Shown in pieces: positions 55,529 through 64,000 of a stretch of DNA of 64,000 bases; the stretch's first letter is position 1; every line of letters begins with the position of its first letter. Location: IMG/VR virus record IMGVR_UViG_3300048438_000153, positions 62,001-126,000 of that record; one strand, given 5' to 3'. The notes below the pieces were generated by a model. That model did not search any database. It was not told the DNA's origin and worked only from the letters and a program-made list of their open reading frames with translations. Both the position numbers and the translations under genes were made by a program.

Positions 55529-58500
55529 CAGCTACCCCCTTTTAATTTTTCCTGTCGGACAACCCAATCAAGAGCCTTTTCTTCAATCTCTTTCTTATAC
55601 TGATTGACGATGTAGTTATCGTCTAGGTCATTAGAGGCCACAGTGAGGAAGTTACCCTCATCAGCTAAGAAAATCTCAATGTCACTTGTGTCTCCTCGAC
55701 ACTCACATGACGCACCACCCCGCGACTGTGGCCTTATGTCAGAAATACGTCTCGGCGTGTTCGCAATCACCAGATCATTCTTCTGATCCATGAAACCGTT
55801 AGCTAGAGCTGATTTCAGACTCTCAGCCTTGTTCTCTCCCTGTAAAACATTTCCTGTGAGGCGCTGATACGCATCAGCGACCTTACCCTCTCCACCGCTC
55901 GCCTCAATTCTCTTAACGACCGTCGAGGCGAGGTCTTGAAAGATCTTCTTTCTGTCCTTACCCTGTACTTTGTTGTGAAGTGCTCTGAGAAACTGATCAA
56001 CCTCTTCTTCTACGAGAAGTCTCGTCACATCGCTTCTTAAGAGACGGTCAAAACCCCCTCCCTGATCTATGTCCAGACCTCTCCCGTACTGATACGCTCC
56101 AAATAGCTCATAACCCTTCTCGTCAGAAACAGGGAAGATAGGGCTCTTCCAAGTATCTTCATAGTAAGTGATAGGCTTTTTAACATAGGATATGTTGCCC
56201 TTGGAACTCACGCGCACTCTTAGCTTGAGGTACACATCGTTCAATAGCTTTCTAACCTCGTTGGGGTTCATCACCTCATTCTTTCCGAAGGCGACACCAC
56301 CCCAATCATTCTTAAGGTTATTTACGAGTAGAAGCGCGGTGTTCTCCGCAACCTCATACTCAAGTAATGCGTCGATGATCTCACCATCTCCCACAACAAC
56401 CCTCTCTTTTTTAACTACCTTTGTCACCCTCTTGAAATCACCTGATTTCTTAGCCTTACCCTTGTAGAAAGAAGCCGAAGCTTTCTTCCCTGTGAGGTTC
56501 TTTCCTTTAAGTACTTTTCTGAAGTGAACTACGAGCTGTGAGAGAATGAGCCCATACAAAGTCGCGCCGTTTATCTTGCCATTGATTTTTGTGATACGTC
56601 TCGTGCCTTTTCTCTTGATCCCATGCTCTTGGAAAGAAAGGAACAGAATATCTTTAGTCGGCACTGTAACTGCCTGATTGTCTGAATACCTCGTCCTCGT
56701 GTAAAGACCCCTCACCACAGCACCCTCTCCAAAGCGCACTCGGTTTCCACCTCCAACTTCAGTCTCTTTGAGCACCATGTTTGTCTCTGTAGAATCTATT
56801 CTTTCTTCTTCAAGATAAGCCTGTTCGTCCTCAGTCTGTCTGAACACTCTTGGACCTTGATCTTCAGGGTTTGGTGACGAAGACGAATAGTACCTGTAAT
56901 AGCCGGGTTGGTTCGGGTTGAAGCTAGCCTTTTTGTTAGAAAGAAGAGTAAGAATAGAAGCCGTACTCCCTGGCTTTTGGATCGACCCATCCGTCTGCGC
57001 TTTGTTCTCCACCGCCTCAATCAAGTCTACAATCGTAGCAAGACCCACTGTCGAAGCCCTTGTATCAGTCTTAGCTTGATCCCCCCTTAGCTTCTCTCTC
57101 GCTTCAAGGTATGCTTTCTCAATCTTCTCGTTCACTTGACGAGCATCCTTACGCCCCCTCTTCCTCACCTTAGAAGCACTTCTACGAGCATTATTAAGCT
57201 CCCCTAAAGCCCCTGAAAGACTGACCTCTCCGGGAAGTAGCCCTGTGTATGTCCTACTATATGCCTTTCTTGTCACCTTCCCTGTGGCTTTGTCTTTCAG
57301 CTCTTTCTTAGAAACTGTGTGCTTTGTGAATTTAAGTTTCAGCTCTCTTCCATCACTTGTTGTAAGCACCCAAGGACCTTTGTAAAGAGTGACATCATCT
57401 ACCTCTCTCGTCTCCCCCGACCCTATAGTTTTAGAGTCGTTTGAAGCGAGCTTAAGTACGCCGAGCCTCAGCCCATACTTAATCAGCATATTCCGATACA
57501 TCTTGCGCGTATTAGAACCTAGACCTGAAGTCGCGCCCTTCAGCATATCAAGCCCGAAAGCAATCGCTGAGGGGTCAGGATGTTCAGGGTCAAGTGCCAT
57601 CACCACATTAGGGAAACCGACTGTCTTGTAAAAGCCCTCGTCGTCCTTTGCGATCAAACTCTTAGGTGGGAAGAGAGGGTTCGCGAGATTGATCGAGTCT
57701 ATGCCGTCTTTAGCGGGATCTCCAGGGGGTAGGAACTTCTTTCTGCGCGCAGTAAGGGTTAAGCCTGTCGTACAGTCTCCGCCGAAAGAGAAAGAATGAG
57801 AAACAGAGGTCACATAATAAAAACAGTCTATATGCTCAACATAGACAGGGTATCCAGGTTTAAGCTCAGGGCGCATAGGGATACTTAAAGAACACCCATT
57901 CACGTTGGTGTTCGATTTCTCTAGCTCCACCACAGAGGCAAAGAAAGCACTCCGCGCTGTGTTGAAGAAAGTAGTGTCCATTTCTAAGGGCTTCCAACCA
58001 TACTTAGCCACGAGCCTGTAGTCCACATAAGTACCCTTCACTCCCCACGTTCCCTCCATAGGTAAGCCCGCTGTATTTCTGAACATACCGCCTTTCGTGA
58101 TCGCATAGGTGTACTCAGGCTCTTGATGCTCGAAAGAAATGTCGAGGATGTCTTCTCTCTTAATACGGTAGACTCGGCTTGAACTCGTGTCCATGTTGTA
58201 GAAAGGAGGCTTGAAAACCAAGTCTCCGTCCACGTCCTGATAAAACTCGTAACCCACTTTCTCAGCCACTGTGTCTGCGATGGATTGTTTAGTCTCAAAC
58301 TGACTAGAGAAAAGCTCGACATTTCCGAGCGCGCCTATATCGGTGATGAAAGCCTTGAGCTCTGTAGAGAGCATCCCCAAACCGCCTCTGCCTGTGTCGT
58401 CAAGCTCCACCGCGAAGAGAAGGTCTGCTGCTCTTAAGAGTCTAGCGTTCTCATCACTCTCGAAAAGGCCGAGTGCCTGAGCCACCCCGAGCTCCCCACC

Positions 58501-59457
58501 CTTCGTTACTTTCCCATTGTAATGGATGTTGTGCTGACCCTTGATGATCTTTCTTAAGTCAGACCCCTTTCTCTTTCCCCTAGAGGGATCGCCTAGAAAA
58601 GCCGTCTGTAAGCTAGAGAACATACTCCCTGAAGCCCCATACATTCTTAGACCATAAAGCCCCTGTGAGAAACGGTTCTCCCAATAGCGGAGTGTCTGAG
58701 AAAAGAGACTCCTACCTCCCGCGTTCTTGCTCTTTTGATTGCTCGATTTACTGAACACCCACTCAGCATCCCCTGCGGAACCCCCTGAGTCTCTGTAGAG
58801 GTCATAGATAATCTGATGAGGAGTCATGTTCGTGTAGACGTGTCCGTCGAGCCTCATCGAACCTCTAGACTCAGCAGGCGTAGAAGCGAGGTAGGCCGCG
58901 TTGGTGTTGATCTTTTGATTCTGCCAAAAGTGAAGCAACCCACTACAGCTAAGACTTGCAGAATAAAAGCCCCCACTGAAGTTGTAAGAAACACTCGTCA
59001 CTACACCGTGAAAGACAGGGTAGTAAGGGCGCATCCCCACCTTAGAAAGATCATATTCTTCACTACTTGCTCCGTTGACATAGGTGTCGCCTTTAGGACT
59101 CAAGCCCTCTACCTCAAAGAAGCCCCTGTAGTAGACGTTGATTTCCACTCCTGTAGAGAAAAGAAACTCACCATCCTTAAATATCGAGTCTCCGTAGTGA
59201 GAAGGGATCGACATCTCGATGCTCGAAGAAGAGTCGCCTGACGAGACGCCCGCGTTCACAGAAACAGATGTGATGAAAGCCTGAAAGTCGATCTTATTCC
59301 TACACTCTAGACAGCCCGCGATTGTTGTGTCTCCGTTCAAGAGCACGATGCAGTCGGGAGTCCAAGAAATGATCTTCCTATGCTTGTTGAGAATATCTTG
59401 TGACCAATTGCCCGCTGAGGGCCTACCCTCTAAGATGTTGTTCGCCATATTGTCCAT
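55528..59457 (-). CDS. baseplate hub protein (gp27/gpD-like, 1309 aa)
   Basis: VFHGVVTSVS, YEFYQDVDGDLVFKPPFYN, MRPELKPGYPV, YVTSVSHSFSFGG. Confidence 0.75.
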   Translation of the reverse strand: MDNMANNILEGRPSAGNWSQDILNKHRKIISWTPDCIVLLNGDTTIAGCLECRNKIDFQAFITSVSVNAGVSSGDSSSSIEMSIPSHYGDSIFKDGEFLFSTGVEINVYYRGFFEVEGLSPKGDTYVNGASSEEYDLSKVGMRPYYPVFHGVVTSVSYNFSGGFYSASLSCSGLLHFWQNQKINTNAAYLASTPAESRGSMRLDGHVYTNMTPHQIIYDLYRDSGGSAGDAEWVFSKSSNQKSKNAGGRSLFSQTLRYWENRFSQGLYGLRMYGASGSMFSSLQTAFLGDPSRGKRKGSDLRKIIKGQHNIHYNGKVTKGGELGVAQALGLFESDENARLLRAADLLFAVELDDTGRGGLGMLSTELKAFITDIGALGNVELFSSQFETKQSIADTVAEKVGYEFYQDVDGDLVFKPPFYNMDTSSSRVYRIKREDILDISFEHQEPEYTYAITKGGMFRNTAGLPMEGTWGVKGTYVDYRLVAKYGWKPLEMDTTFFNTARSAFFASVVELEKSNTNVNGCSLSIPMRPELKPGYPVYVEHIDCFYYVTSVSHSFSFGGDCTTGLTLTARRKKFLPPGDPAKDGIDSINLANPLFPPKSLIAKDDEGFYKTVGFPNVVMALDPEHPDPSAIAFGLDMLKGATSGLGSNTRKMYRNMLIKYGLRLGVLKLASNDSKTIGSGETREVDDVTLYKGPWVLTTSDGRELKLKFTKHTVSKKELKDKATGKVTRKAYSRTYTGLLPGEVSLSGALGELNNARRSASKVRKRGRKDARQVNEKIEKAYLEAREKLRGDQAKTDTRASTVGLATIVDLIEAVENKAQTDGSIQKPGSTASILTLLSNKKASFNPNQPGYYRYYSSSSPNPEDQGPRVFRQTEDEQAYLEEERIDSTETNMVLKETEVGGGNRVRFGEGAVVRGLYTRTRYSDNQAVTVPTKDILFLSFQEHGIKRKGTRRITKINGKINGATLYGLILSQLVVHFRKVLKGKNLTGKKASASFYKGKAKKSGDFKRVTKVVKKERVVVGDGEIIDALLEYEVAENTALLLVNNLKNDWGGVAFGKNEVMNPNEVRKLLNDVYLKLRVRVSSKGNISYVKKPITYYEDTWKSPIFPVSDEKGYELFGAYQYGRGLDIDQGGGFDRLLRSDVTRLLVEEEVDQFLRALHNKVQGKDRKKIFQDLASTVVKRIEASGGEGKVADAYQRLTGNVLQGENKAESLKSALANGFMDQKNDLVIANTPRRISDIRPQSRGGASCECRGDTSDIEIFLADEGNFLTVASNDLDDNYIVNQYKKEIEEKALDWVVRQEKLKGGS

Positions 59458-59464
59458 CCCATTT

Positions 59465-60421
59465 TTAATTGGAAGAGTTGAGGTTTCTTAATCTTTCAAC
59501 CACCTGTGTCTCGAATGGGTCATTGAACTTGTGGTTGTAAACTACGAAAGAAAGGTCGAAAGAGATACCACCGTTTTGCCTCGTTTCTTCGAGAGTATAG
59601 CTCATACTCTCAATACGCCCCTCCCATGTCTGTCCGTCATAGTGGATCGCTTGCCTACCTATTGCGTGGTAAGCCCTTGAGCGCCCTATTCGATCTGCAA
59701 TGGCTGTGTTATTTCTGTAGAGAGAAAAGATCGCCATGAGGTGTCGGAAAGAGGCGCTGTCTTTGCGTGCTGTATGCGTTAAGCCGTTGGGACCAGTTTC
59801 TGAGGTGTTACCCGCCACGAACGCGCCAATAGAGCATGAAATACTGATCGTAGGAAGCTCTTCTCCCCACCTCTGAAAGACGAACCCATATCTCGTCTGA
59901 TCTTGGTAACTCTGAATAGAGTTGTAGGACACTTCAAAGCTCGAAGGGTTGATCATAAACACAATGGGTGGGAGTGTATCTAACGCCCTGTGCTGAATGG
60001 CAAAGTCAATCAGACCCTCTCTGTCTGTGAACGCGGGCGCGACTGCCCCTATCGTCTCACTGAGTCTAGACCTCGCCTGTACGCTAGAGCTAGGGTTGAT
60101 AGGAGGTCCAGCTAGGGAGGAGAGGCGAGGGGAGAAAGAGTTACTCCCACCTAAGTCTTGCCTACTTCTCGGCAAGAAAGAAGCTCTCGGATTGAGGGGG
60201 CTAGAGAAAGGAGTGGAACTAGAAAAACTTCTTACGAGGTATCCGCTCTTCGTGGGCGGAGGGACTGCCTCTAGAATGAAAGGGGAATACTGCCTAAGAT
60301 TTTGGTTAGAGAAATCAATCGGGTAGTGACTCTCGCTATCTTCAGGAAAGAGAATCAAGTCTTCTCCCATAGGTAGGTCTACATAAGGGACGGTGCTTGT
60401 CGTGCCTCTCATCTGAACCAC
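59465..60421 (-). CDS. tail tube initiator/gpU-like protein
   Basis: FMINPSSFEV...TRYGFVFQRWGEELPTISISC...G.IESMSY. Paralogous layout to 60409-61059. Confidence 0.55.
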   Translation of the reverse strand: MVQMRGTTSTVPYVDLPMGEDLILFPEDSESHYPIDFSNQNLRQYSPFILEAVPPPTKSGYLVRSFSSSTPFSSPLNPRASFLPRSRQDLGGSNSFSPRLSSLAGPPINPSSSVQARSRLSETIGAVAPAFTDREGLIDFAIQHRALDTLPPIVFMINPSSFEVSYNSIQSYQDQTRYGFVFQRWGEELPTISISCSIGAFVAGNTSETGPNGLTHTARKDSASFRHLMAIFSLYRNNTAIADRIGRSRAYHAIGRQAIHYDGQTWEGRIESMSYTLEETRQNGGISFDLSFVVYNHKFNDPFETQVVERLRNLNSSN

Positions 60422-61059
60422 CCTCCCTGAGTCCTCACGCCGTGTACTTCTCTTTCTACCTGAAAGACGGTGTTGAGCTTGAAAGTGAAGGGTGAGTCAG
60501 CCGTCTCAGAAACGGAGAAACTCTGAAACCATCCGTACCACTGACCACCGTCAAAATTCATCTGTATACGCCCCTGTAGAGCGATGTAGCCTCTTGAGTC
60601 ATAGATCGAGCCGTTGTTGTGAAAGAGCGCGAGCATATCTAGGTATTTGTCGTAGGCGAGCGTCTCTCTTCGATTGCCCCCTAGATCAATGCCATAGGTG
60701 CGATTCTGAGTCGGTGTGTTCGGTCTATTCGCTTGAAGAGAGGTGACTGCCCCTGTGGTATTAGAAAGACCCGAGTAGAGCCGTATAAAGCCACCTGTGC
60801 TCATATCAAGAGTAATGGTATAGGGCTCATCTCCCCAATAGTATTCGACCCAACCTCCGATGGTCGGAGTTCGACTTACTTTCTTCTGATAAGAGAAAGC
60901 GAGTTGAGTGGGGTTGACGTGACATACGAGCTTAATCCCATCGGGGAGCATGGAGTCTCTTCCGTTGGGGTGTATGATGTCGAAGTAGACAGGTCGCTTA
61001 TTGAGCGCGGGGTTAGACTCATCTAAATGAGAATTGAAATAGGGTTTAATAACAGACAT
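60409..61059 (-). CDS. tail tube initiator/gpU-like protein
   Basis: HVNPTQL...RTPTIGGWVEYYWGDE...YGWFQSFSVSETADSPF. Follows the tape measure gene. Confidence 0.6.
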   Translation of the reverse strand: MSVIKPYFNSHLDESNPALNKRPVYFDIIHPNGRDSMLPDGIKLVCHVNPTQLAFSYQKKVSRTPTIGGWVEYYWGDEPYTITLDMSTGGFIRLYSGLSNTTGAVTSLQANRPNTPTQNRTYGIDLGGNRRETLAYDKYLDMLALFHNNGSIYDSRGYIALQGRIQMNFDGGQWYGWFQSFSVSETADSPFTFKLNTVFQVEREVHGVRTQGGWFR

Positions 61060-61073
61060 GAATCACCTCTTTC

Positions 61074-64000
61074 TTAGCCCATCAACATACCCTGAGACTG
61101 ATTAGCTCTCTTAAGGGTTTCTAGCATCGCAGAAGGGTTGTTTCCGTTGATGTTATAGTTGTTGATGATAGTAGCTCCACCCATTCCTCCTCCCCCCGCG
61201 TTGGGGGCATTAGGATTGTAGAAAGCAACCGAATCATCGCTTCGACCTTCCATTAAGTATCCGTTATGGAACAGCATGGGCTTTGTCATCCCTGTAGCGG
61301 AGACGGCATCTTCGGCGTAGTATCTCTTAAATTGCTGTCTGAGATCGGTCAATCTCTCAAGATCCATGCTCTCTTGAGAAGTCAAATCACCCTCTTTCCC
61401 ATAAATTTTAGTTATCTCGCTGTCGAGTTTATTAATGTATGATTTACGACCACTTTCTGTAGAAAAGTCCCCCCCTGGACCCAGCTCTCCCGTAACTTGC
61501 CTTTTTAACTGATCGCGATCATGCTTAAGAAGAGCGTCAAGTTGAGCTTCTGAATACATATCTTTAAGCTTTTTACTCTTAAGCTTTATGTCAAGATCGA
61601 CTTGGGCTCTCTGTTCATTGGCACGTTTAGCTTCAGCCGGGGTCATATTGCCATTCTCTACGAGCTTTTGGATGTCCTCTGCTGAGAGCATTTCCTTTCT
61701 ATAATCTTTCAGATTACCAAGTTCCTCTTGCTCTGCAAGGAATCTACTAGAGACACCTTCAACTCTCCCACTTGAGAGCTTTATGTCTCCTGTACTGCTA
61801 TAGTTTCTGCGGGAGAAAAAGCTATCTGCATGAGTGGCTTGTACGTTACCGTCATAGTAGTTCTGAGAGAACTTCGCGCCCTCGTCTGAAGCTCCAAAGC
61901 TAACGCCTCTAGTGGTTTTGATATCCTCCATAACCAGCTCACCCAGACTCCCCCTTTGTTCTGCTATTCTCTGAATATCTCCTCCTGAAGCTTTCATGCC
62001 ATAAGACTTTATCAGCTTTTCGAGGAACTCCTGATGATCACTATCTCCCGCTTTACCTCCCTTTAGGACTGCCAAGAAGTCTGCGTTAGAAACACCCTTA
62101 CGCTTGAGCTGTTGCCTTAAGAACTCACCACCACCTTCATGCTTTTGAAGTAGACCTGCGAGCTCTTGATCAGCGCCCTCGTCAGTTAATCTATGAATAG
62201 CTTCGCCCCTTGCGCTCCCTGTGTCTATATTCGACGCATATACCTTAGCTTCCTCTTTCTTTATTTTAAGCTCAAGCTCTCTTCTCTTAAACCCGTCCTC
62301 GGCCAATTTCCTCTTTTTCTCCTCTTCCTTGATAGCCTTTTCCTTAATTTCAGGGTTTTTCATTTTATCTATCTCAAGTCTTCTCTTAGATGCCCTTTCT
62401 CTTTCCTTTTTTCTTTCTTGAAATAGCGTTTTCCTCCCAACCCGAACCTCCTGTCTAGTCTTTTGAGCCTTCTCAAGATTTCCCTGACGGCCTGTATCAA
62501 ATCTTAAAAACCAAGAAGCAAGCGACAGTATCGGGTCTAAGATGCTTTGCAATAACGACCCTAAGTGGTTGTTGATAACATCTGCGGAGGTCATTGTCGC
62601 ATTAACAACTTCTTGAAGGAGATCCATTTGAGTGAGAGAGTCGAGTTTCTGAGCGTCGAGATCTGCGCCCTGTGCGTGAACATAGTCTTGGATGTTGTCT
62701 ATGACGCGCCCTTGCTTATCGACGATTTTTCCATTTTGAACACTAACCTTATCAGAAAGACCAGCCTCTTCAATGGCTTTCTTCATATTCGCTTCGTCAA
62801 AACCACCTATACCGTCACTTGCGTTGTCTCTAATCTCCTCCAACACTCTGAAGTCATCCCTCATAGCCATATCGAGCAACCTCATCTGCTCTAGCTCATC
62901 GAGGCTCTTTCCAGTCATCTGAGATATCTTCTCCATCTCAATCGCAGTAACATCTCTGAAGCCCTTACCCCCCGTGACATTGTAGAGTTGCTTAAACTGA
63001 GCTGAGAGCGCACCCGACATATCAAGATCACCGAGCGCGAGGGCTTGATTACTCAGACCACCCTTACCTGCTCTAGATAATCTTACTGACTGCATAAGTT
63101 TTCTAGCAGCACCCTCACCTTCTGCACCACCCTTTCTGCGAAGCTCCCCCATTTTTTTTTCTAAGTCAGCGTCGCTCATCTTAGAGAAATCAGTGGCTCG
63201 ATCTATGCCGATTTCTGCCATGATTTTCTTAGTTCTCTTGCTCCTAAAAAGAGCAAAAAAGTCTTTCTTAGTCTGATCTGCTGTCCTCTTGAAAGCTCCC
63301 TTCATGCCTCCCGTCAAGATAATCCTCTTAAACCTTTCTTGGATGCCCTCGCCTTTGAAACCGCCCGCCAAGCCCTTGGTGAAAGCTTGGGCCGCTTCAG
63401 GCCCTAAGACCTTAGAGAGATTGACGAAAAGATTAGCGGCTTCACCTATTCTTATGTTCATCGACCCGATGCCCTGAGACAAGTCCTGAACAACACTGAA
63501 GAAATCCTTTGTGTTAAGAGTGGACTGCTTAGAGAGGTCACGGATGCGCCCGAACTCCTGAGACATCCTCTCCATATAAACTCCGCTTTTGACCGAGATA
63601 CCAAGCTCTTTCCGAAACTCGCTTGAAAATGCAACGAGAGTGCCGAAATCGACACCCAAAGACTTAGCTGAGGCTTGGAAAGTAATTGTAAGGTCTTTAA
63701 TGGTTTCGAGGCTCTTTTTAAGACTCATCCCATCATCTTGAAGAGAGCCGAAGTTAATACCTACCTCATTGAAAGTATAAGCGAGTTGCCTAGCTTCTTC
63801 TAGGGTGACTCCAAGGGCGTTCGCGAAGCCTGCATCAGAAAGACCTTTTCTTATCGTATGGACTGTATCACTAACATTGGTCATCCCATCTGCGAGAAGA
63901 TCCGTCGCACCATAAGAGTCAATGAGCTCTTTGTGTATGCCTTTCATGTTCTCTTCGAGAGCCTGTAAGCCCTTAAAGATCGCAAAAGCCCCCGCTAGCG
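61074..64000 (-). CDS. tape measure protein, partial; the frame stays open past the right edge
   Basis: Long helical Ala/Gly/Lys-rich ORF with a C-terminal GGGMGGATIINNYNING. It heads the tail module, and there is no stop between 63947 and 64000. Confidence 0.8.
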   Translation of the reverse strand, partial: LAGAFAIFKGLQALEENMKGIHKELIDSYGATDLLADGMTNVSDTVHTIRKGLSDAGFANALGVTLEEARQLAYTFNEVGINFGSLQDDGMSLKKSLETIKDLTITFQASAKSLGVDFGTLVAFSSEFRKELGISVKSGVYMERMSQEFGRIRDLSKQSTLNTKDFFSVVQDLSQGIGSMNIRIGEAANLFVNLSKVLGPEAAQAFTKGLAGGFKGEGIQERFKRIILTGGMKGAFKRTADQTKKDFFALFRSKRTKKIMAEIGIDRATDFSKMSDADLEKKMGELRRKGGAEGEGAARKLMQSVRLSRAGKGGLSNQALALGDLDMSGALSAQFKQLYNVTGGKGFRDVTAIEMEKISQMTGKSLDELEQMRLLDMAMRDDFRVLEEIRDNASDGIGGFDEANMKKAIEEAGLSDKVSVQNGKIVDKQGRVIDNIQDYVHAQGADLDAQKLDSLTQMDLLQEVVNATMTSADVINNHLGSLLQSILDPILSLASWFLRFDTGRQGNLEKAQKTRQEVRVGRKTLFQERKKERERASKRRLEIDKMKNPEIKEKAIKEEEKKRKLAEDGFKRRELELKIKKEEAKVYASNIDTGSARGEAIHRLTDEGADQELAGLLQKHEGGGEFLRQQLKRKGVSNADFLAVLKGGKAGDSDHQEFLEKLIKSYGMKASGGDIQRIAEQRGSLGELVMEDIKTTRGVSFGASDEGAKFSQNYYDGNVQATHADSFFSRRNYSSTGDIKLSSGRVEGVSSRFLAEQEELGNLKDYRKEMLSAEDIQKLVENGNMTPAEAKRANEQRAQVDLDIKLKSKKLKDMYSEAQLDALLKHDRDQLKRQVTGELGPGGDFSTESGRKSYINKLDSEITKIYGKEGDLTSQESMDLERLTDLRQQFKRYYAEDAVSATGMTKPMLFHNGYLMEGRSDDSVAFYNPNAPNAGGGGMGGATIINNYNINGNNPSAMLETLKRANQSQGMLMG

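Noticed and set aside
1-64000. Eukaryotic giant virus (NCLDV) or bacterial eCIS/T6SS locus
   Set aside because: Shine-Dalgarno sites, coupled operons, a sigma-like factor, PolA/DnaB and a tape measure plus baseplate genes indicate a tailed phage.
1-64000. tRNA/rRNA genes and alternative genetic code
   Set aside because: No cloverleaf or T-loop context was seen in the short intergenic gaps, and genes are full length and densely packed under the standard code. tRNAscan was not run.

Overview
This window looks like 64 kb from the interior of a large contractile-tailed (myovirus-like, probably jumbo) phage genome of an unfamiliar lineage. It reads in the standard genetic code, and I saw no rRNA, tRNA or CRISPR. 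Minus-strand tail genes lie at both ends: tape measure, two tube-initiator-like genes, hub and spike at 53-64 kb, and gp25-like, J-like and I-like baseplate wedge genes at 0-6.7 kb. Between them are plus-strand DNA-metabolism genes (SNF2 helicase, loader-like protein, DnaB, primase-type Zn finger, ClpP, family A polymerase, ECF-like sigma factor) interleaved with many minus-strand orphan genes. Main discoveries: (1) A 39.2-47.4 kb DNA-modification operon with a non-canonical, probably dCMP-directed thymidylate-synthase homologue, a glutaminase-less asparagine-synthetase-like ligase, a fold-II PLP enzyme and five amino-methyltransferases. Four of the methyltransferases are paralogues with conserved catalytic halves and variable N-halves, and in-frame deletion relics sit between the genes. 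(2) About 15 unrelated proteins share short basic leader/junction motifs ([KR]-[TRQ]-A-[SAG] and R-V-A-x-x-[YFH]). These mark cargo-domain boundaries and also flank a C39-like protease, suggesting a virion targeting/processing system for injected effectors (TopIB, GNAT-like, WGR, HAD, EF-hand). (3) Two position-conserved promoter-like motifs, TWNWTNNTYTAT and YGATAT, often arranged face-to-face and accompanied by RBS-sequestering hairpins. (4) A FixL-type heme-PAS membrane protein. All family assignments come from motif recognition by eye; no database searches were run.
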